NCBI GenBank assembly: GCA_013265495.1
Contig: MU058198.1
Location: forward strand, 5,905,779 to 5,969,778
Source of the DNA: Vicugna vicugna
Taxonomy: Eukaryota
Direction: 5' to 3'
DNA length: 64,000 nucleotides
Part shown: piece by piece, positions 60,630-64,000 of the stretch
How positions within the stretch are numbered: position 1 is the stretch's first letter
How the letters are laid out: every line of letters starts with the position of its first letter
The notes under the pieces: generated by a model
Database searches by the model: none
The model's input: the letters and a program-made list of their open reading frames with translations, nothing else
What the model was told of the DNA's origin: nothing
Translations under genes and position numbers: made by a program

Positions 60630-63265
60630 TCATCTGCGGAGGAAGCAGCTGCTGCGGGGGCGAGGCGCGGGGAGGCTCCAGCGGACACTTGGGGTGCTGC
60701 TGGGGAGAGCACGGAGGAAGCCCACGACCCCCACGGTCAGCCTTCACCCACTGTCACATCACCCCGGAGAGCACAGAGAGAGGGACAGACGGCTGCAGAA
60801 AGGAAGGCTCTGCACCCTAGGCCTGCCTATTTCTTTGGATGCAAAGATGCTAGGAGCCAATGCAGAATCACCCCCTCCCCTAACCCATCAGGTTGTCTGG
60901 TGGGCTCTACCCTCTAAGTAGGTTCCCAAACACATCTGGATCATGCCTGTTATGTTGCCACGTCTGGGCCATGCCACCGTCGTTTCTCACCATGGCCTCT
61001 TGCCAACTGCTCTTTCTGCTTCTACACATGCCCCAAGCCCCAACCCCGACCACCCTGTGCCACAATCAGACCACACGCCTCAATCAGACCACACGTTCCT
61101 TCCTGACCTTGAAAGCCATGCTGGTTTCCCTCTGCGGGTAGAACTCCCAGTCCTTACGACGCCTGACAAGACCCCCGTGTGCGGGAACTTTCCTGACACC
61201 CAGGCCCCAACTCCTTACAATCCAGCCTTCAATCACCACCCTCCAGCCCCACCAGCTTTCTTACTTTTCTTGCAAAAGCCAAGGCCTTCCCACCTCAGGG
61301 CCTTTGCACTCACCACTCCCCCAAACCTCGGCATGACTGACTCCTCAACACTCAGTTCTCAGCACGAACATTCCCCCTCAAAAGCCAAACCCTCCTCCAT
61401 TTCGCTCCTCTGCAGGCAGTTGTGTTATATTGACCTGTTTCACTTCCTCTGTAGTAACCACCTCCACCTGAAGTGATCTCATTTGTTCACTCACTGTCTC
61501 TCTCCCCAACAAGAACACAGATTTGACCCTTACTGCTGCCCCCTCAGCGCCCAGCCCCCAGCACAGGGTGAATGTGGAGGGTGCTATCTGGGCCCCCATC
61601 ACAGGGGCTCCTTCCGCTGGCCACGCCACTGTGACTCCGTGGCTTGTGGATGGGGACCCCGCTCAGAGGAGGAGCAGCTCAGAGGACTGCGGGACCAGCA
61701 GGACCTCTGTCGTTCCAGCATTTTAAAAAGTGTTGGCTCAGCAAGCTAACCACAGTGCACGCCTGGCACACGCCAGCCTCCTGGAAAGTCAAAAGCCCTG
61801 GCCAAGAAAGCCTGCAGTCACAGTCCGAGAATTTGGGGCATGGACGGTTCCCTTCTGCACTGCCCCTGGGACTCATGGGTGACGGGAGACTGAGGCTCAC
61901 AGACTTCGTGTGACTTCCGAGGCCAGGCCGCTGGGAGTGGCGGGACCAGAAAGAGAATGAGGCCTCGTCCTCAAACCAGTGGCCTTGGGAGCCAAGCGGT
62001 GGTCAGTCGGGGGTGCTGGGGCGGGGTGGTTTCTCCTGGAGCTGGCGAGGGGGTCTGGGCACACACCAGGTCCTGCCAGCCCAAGGCACGCACAGCACCC
62101 TCGATCTGTCCAGGCCCCACCTCTATGCCGGTCCTGGCACACAGACTATCAGCCTGATGGGGGAACACCAAGAGGGGCAGGGGGAAAGAAGCCGAGGAGT
62201 GGCTGTTACATCGTCACTGAGTGCTCAGACCACAAACAGTGAGTGTGAAGCCGTCAGGTTCCCAACCCTGGGCTGCCACAGACATCCATCTGGGATGCTT
62301 GTGATGCCCACCCTCACTTCCCTGCAGCAGGCAGGGGAGCCCAGTGGGACTCTGGGTGGCCTCTGACCTCATCCCCAGTGACCTCCCACTCTTCACTGCC
62401 AGGCGGAGGGAGTCAGTGATGAAAGGCCCTGGGCCCAGGTGCTCTTTCGCGGCAACTTCCCACGCCCTGGGGGTCAGGGAGAGTGACAGCCCCTCGGCAG
62501 CGTCCCCTGCAGCCCAGACCCCAGCTCGAAATGGAACTGAGGAAGGAAGAGCAGCGGCGTGAGGCCAGGACAAGGCCCCGGCCGGGGTGCAGGGACTGGG
62601 CTCTCGCCATTAGCTTTGGGCTGGGCTTTCTCGTGGTTGGCGGCTTGGAGAGTACCCCCAGACTCAGGTGTGACGAATGAGCCCTGGGGTCCTGGGCACG
62701 TGCTTTTTAACTTCTAACCTCAAGTTTTCATACCTGTGGGAGTCCTAATCCCACCCCCTCCCAGGCTCAGTGCGCCGTTAAACGAGGCCCGCCTTCCTCT
62801 TTCGTCCTCTTTCGGCCACGATAAAGCGGCACTGCAGCTCCAGTAAGTCCTCCCGAGATACGTCAGACCCAACGCCCACAGAAAGGCAGCGTCTCCACTG
62901 GGCGGTATCTAGCCATCAGAATGTGTTGGCATCCCCACGTCATCATTAGACAAGATGTGCAGGGTAGCTCAAACACCTTCTCAGCTCTTCTGTCATGGCT
63001 CATTTCCAATGCTGCCTAATTGTCTGCCTTAAACATTAGACTCAAAACCCCAGCAGCGGGAGGATTCTGGAGGTCACTGGGTGCCGTGCCCTCACTTCAA
63101 AGATGAATGGGGTGAGGGCTGGAGCCTTGGCGAGGAGGGAAATCAGGGTCCCTGAGACCCCACAGCTAAGAAGGGAAGGAGCAGAAACCTCCCAGGGCCC
63201 CGGCCTCGGAAGGGCCCCGCGTCCCAGGGGGCTGCTGCAGATGGAGGCCGGGTCCCCAACCCCAC

Positions 63266-63359
63266 CTGAAACGACTGGCAAGACTCCATCTGACTGTCCG
63301 AGAGGGCCAGCGTGCTCTGGATCAGGTTCTGCAGCACCAGAGAGTGGATGTCGTCCACG
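63266..63359 (-). CDS. GTF3C1: GTF3C1 exon: [31 protein letters not shown]
   Basis: ttcag| acceptor, |GTGGGG donor, 94 nt. Confidence 0.92.
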
Positions 63360-64000
63360 CTGAAAGAGACGGACGGAGCCACGTGAGCCCCCGGCCACCG
63401 GGCACAGCTCAGCTGGGGCAGATTCAGCTCTAATTTAACACAAGTTTTCAATTTCGCAAAAGGTGATGAATGCTGAAACTGTTCGTAACCAAAAGAAATC
63501 ATAATTCTGAAGCCTTACTGGCTGGTCAATTTTTGCAGGAAATAAGTCCCAGTCTAGCGGGGAAGGGGTGGCATAACCGGGGAACAGGTTTTCACGACAA
63601 CTAGCAAAGGTGCTTAGCGCTCACATTTTCTTTTCATCCAATTTTAAATCAGTTTTTCTCTCAAGAGGATAGGCTTTTCATTGAAATACAGAGCTAAGAT
63701 CAGACTGAATACCGATTATCCAAGCTGGAATGAAAAAGGCTGAGTTTTCCTAACCAGTTTCACTTGGAAGGCTCACGGGCTGGGAGTTCAAACCCTTTCC
63801 CCAACCCACTCTAAGGCTGGGCCAGTGATAGGTGGGGTTAGGGATCGGCAGACTTTGCCCGCCAAGGGCCAAATGATAAATAATTTAATCTCTGTGGGCC
63901 CTGTGGTCTGTCGCAGCCGCTCAACTCTGATGTTAACAGGCGTGGCTGCGTTCCAGTCAAACCTCATTTCCAAAAACAGGTGCCAGGCTCGATCTGGCCC

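Overview
Mammalian genomic DNA, probably camelid, judged from several copies of a tRNA-derived SINE resembling the Vic-1 family. Two convergent genes are present. (1) A complete IL21R (interleukin-21 receptor) on +: GC-rich promoter and non-coding exon 1 at ~14.2-14.8 kb, eight coding exons from 32622 to 45766 that splice in frame (GT-AG throughout) to 1611 nt / 536 aa, and AATAAA at 46444. (2) The last nine coding exons of GTF3C1 (TFIIIC220) on -, from 63359 to the stop at 52284, with a poly(A) signal at ~51520. The first 12 kb and most of IL21R intron 1 are decayed interspersed repeats (L1, MaLR/ERV LTRs, L2, MIR, SINEs, microsatellites), and nearly all ORF-track entries outside the exons are chance or repeat-derived. 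I found no convincing new multi-gene system. The best leads are regulatory or isoform-level: a predicted NMD-escaping soluble IL21R from skipping the TM exon, a degenerate ~42-bp repeat array with HSE/STAT-like cores in intron 5, a strong-Kozak minimal uORF, a co-oriented CTCF motif cluster at the IL21R/GTF3C1 boundary, and an unidentified ~950-bp insert in intron 1. Repeat family names and human comparisons are from memory and have not been searched.
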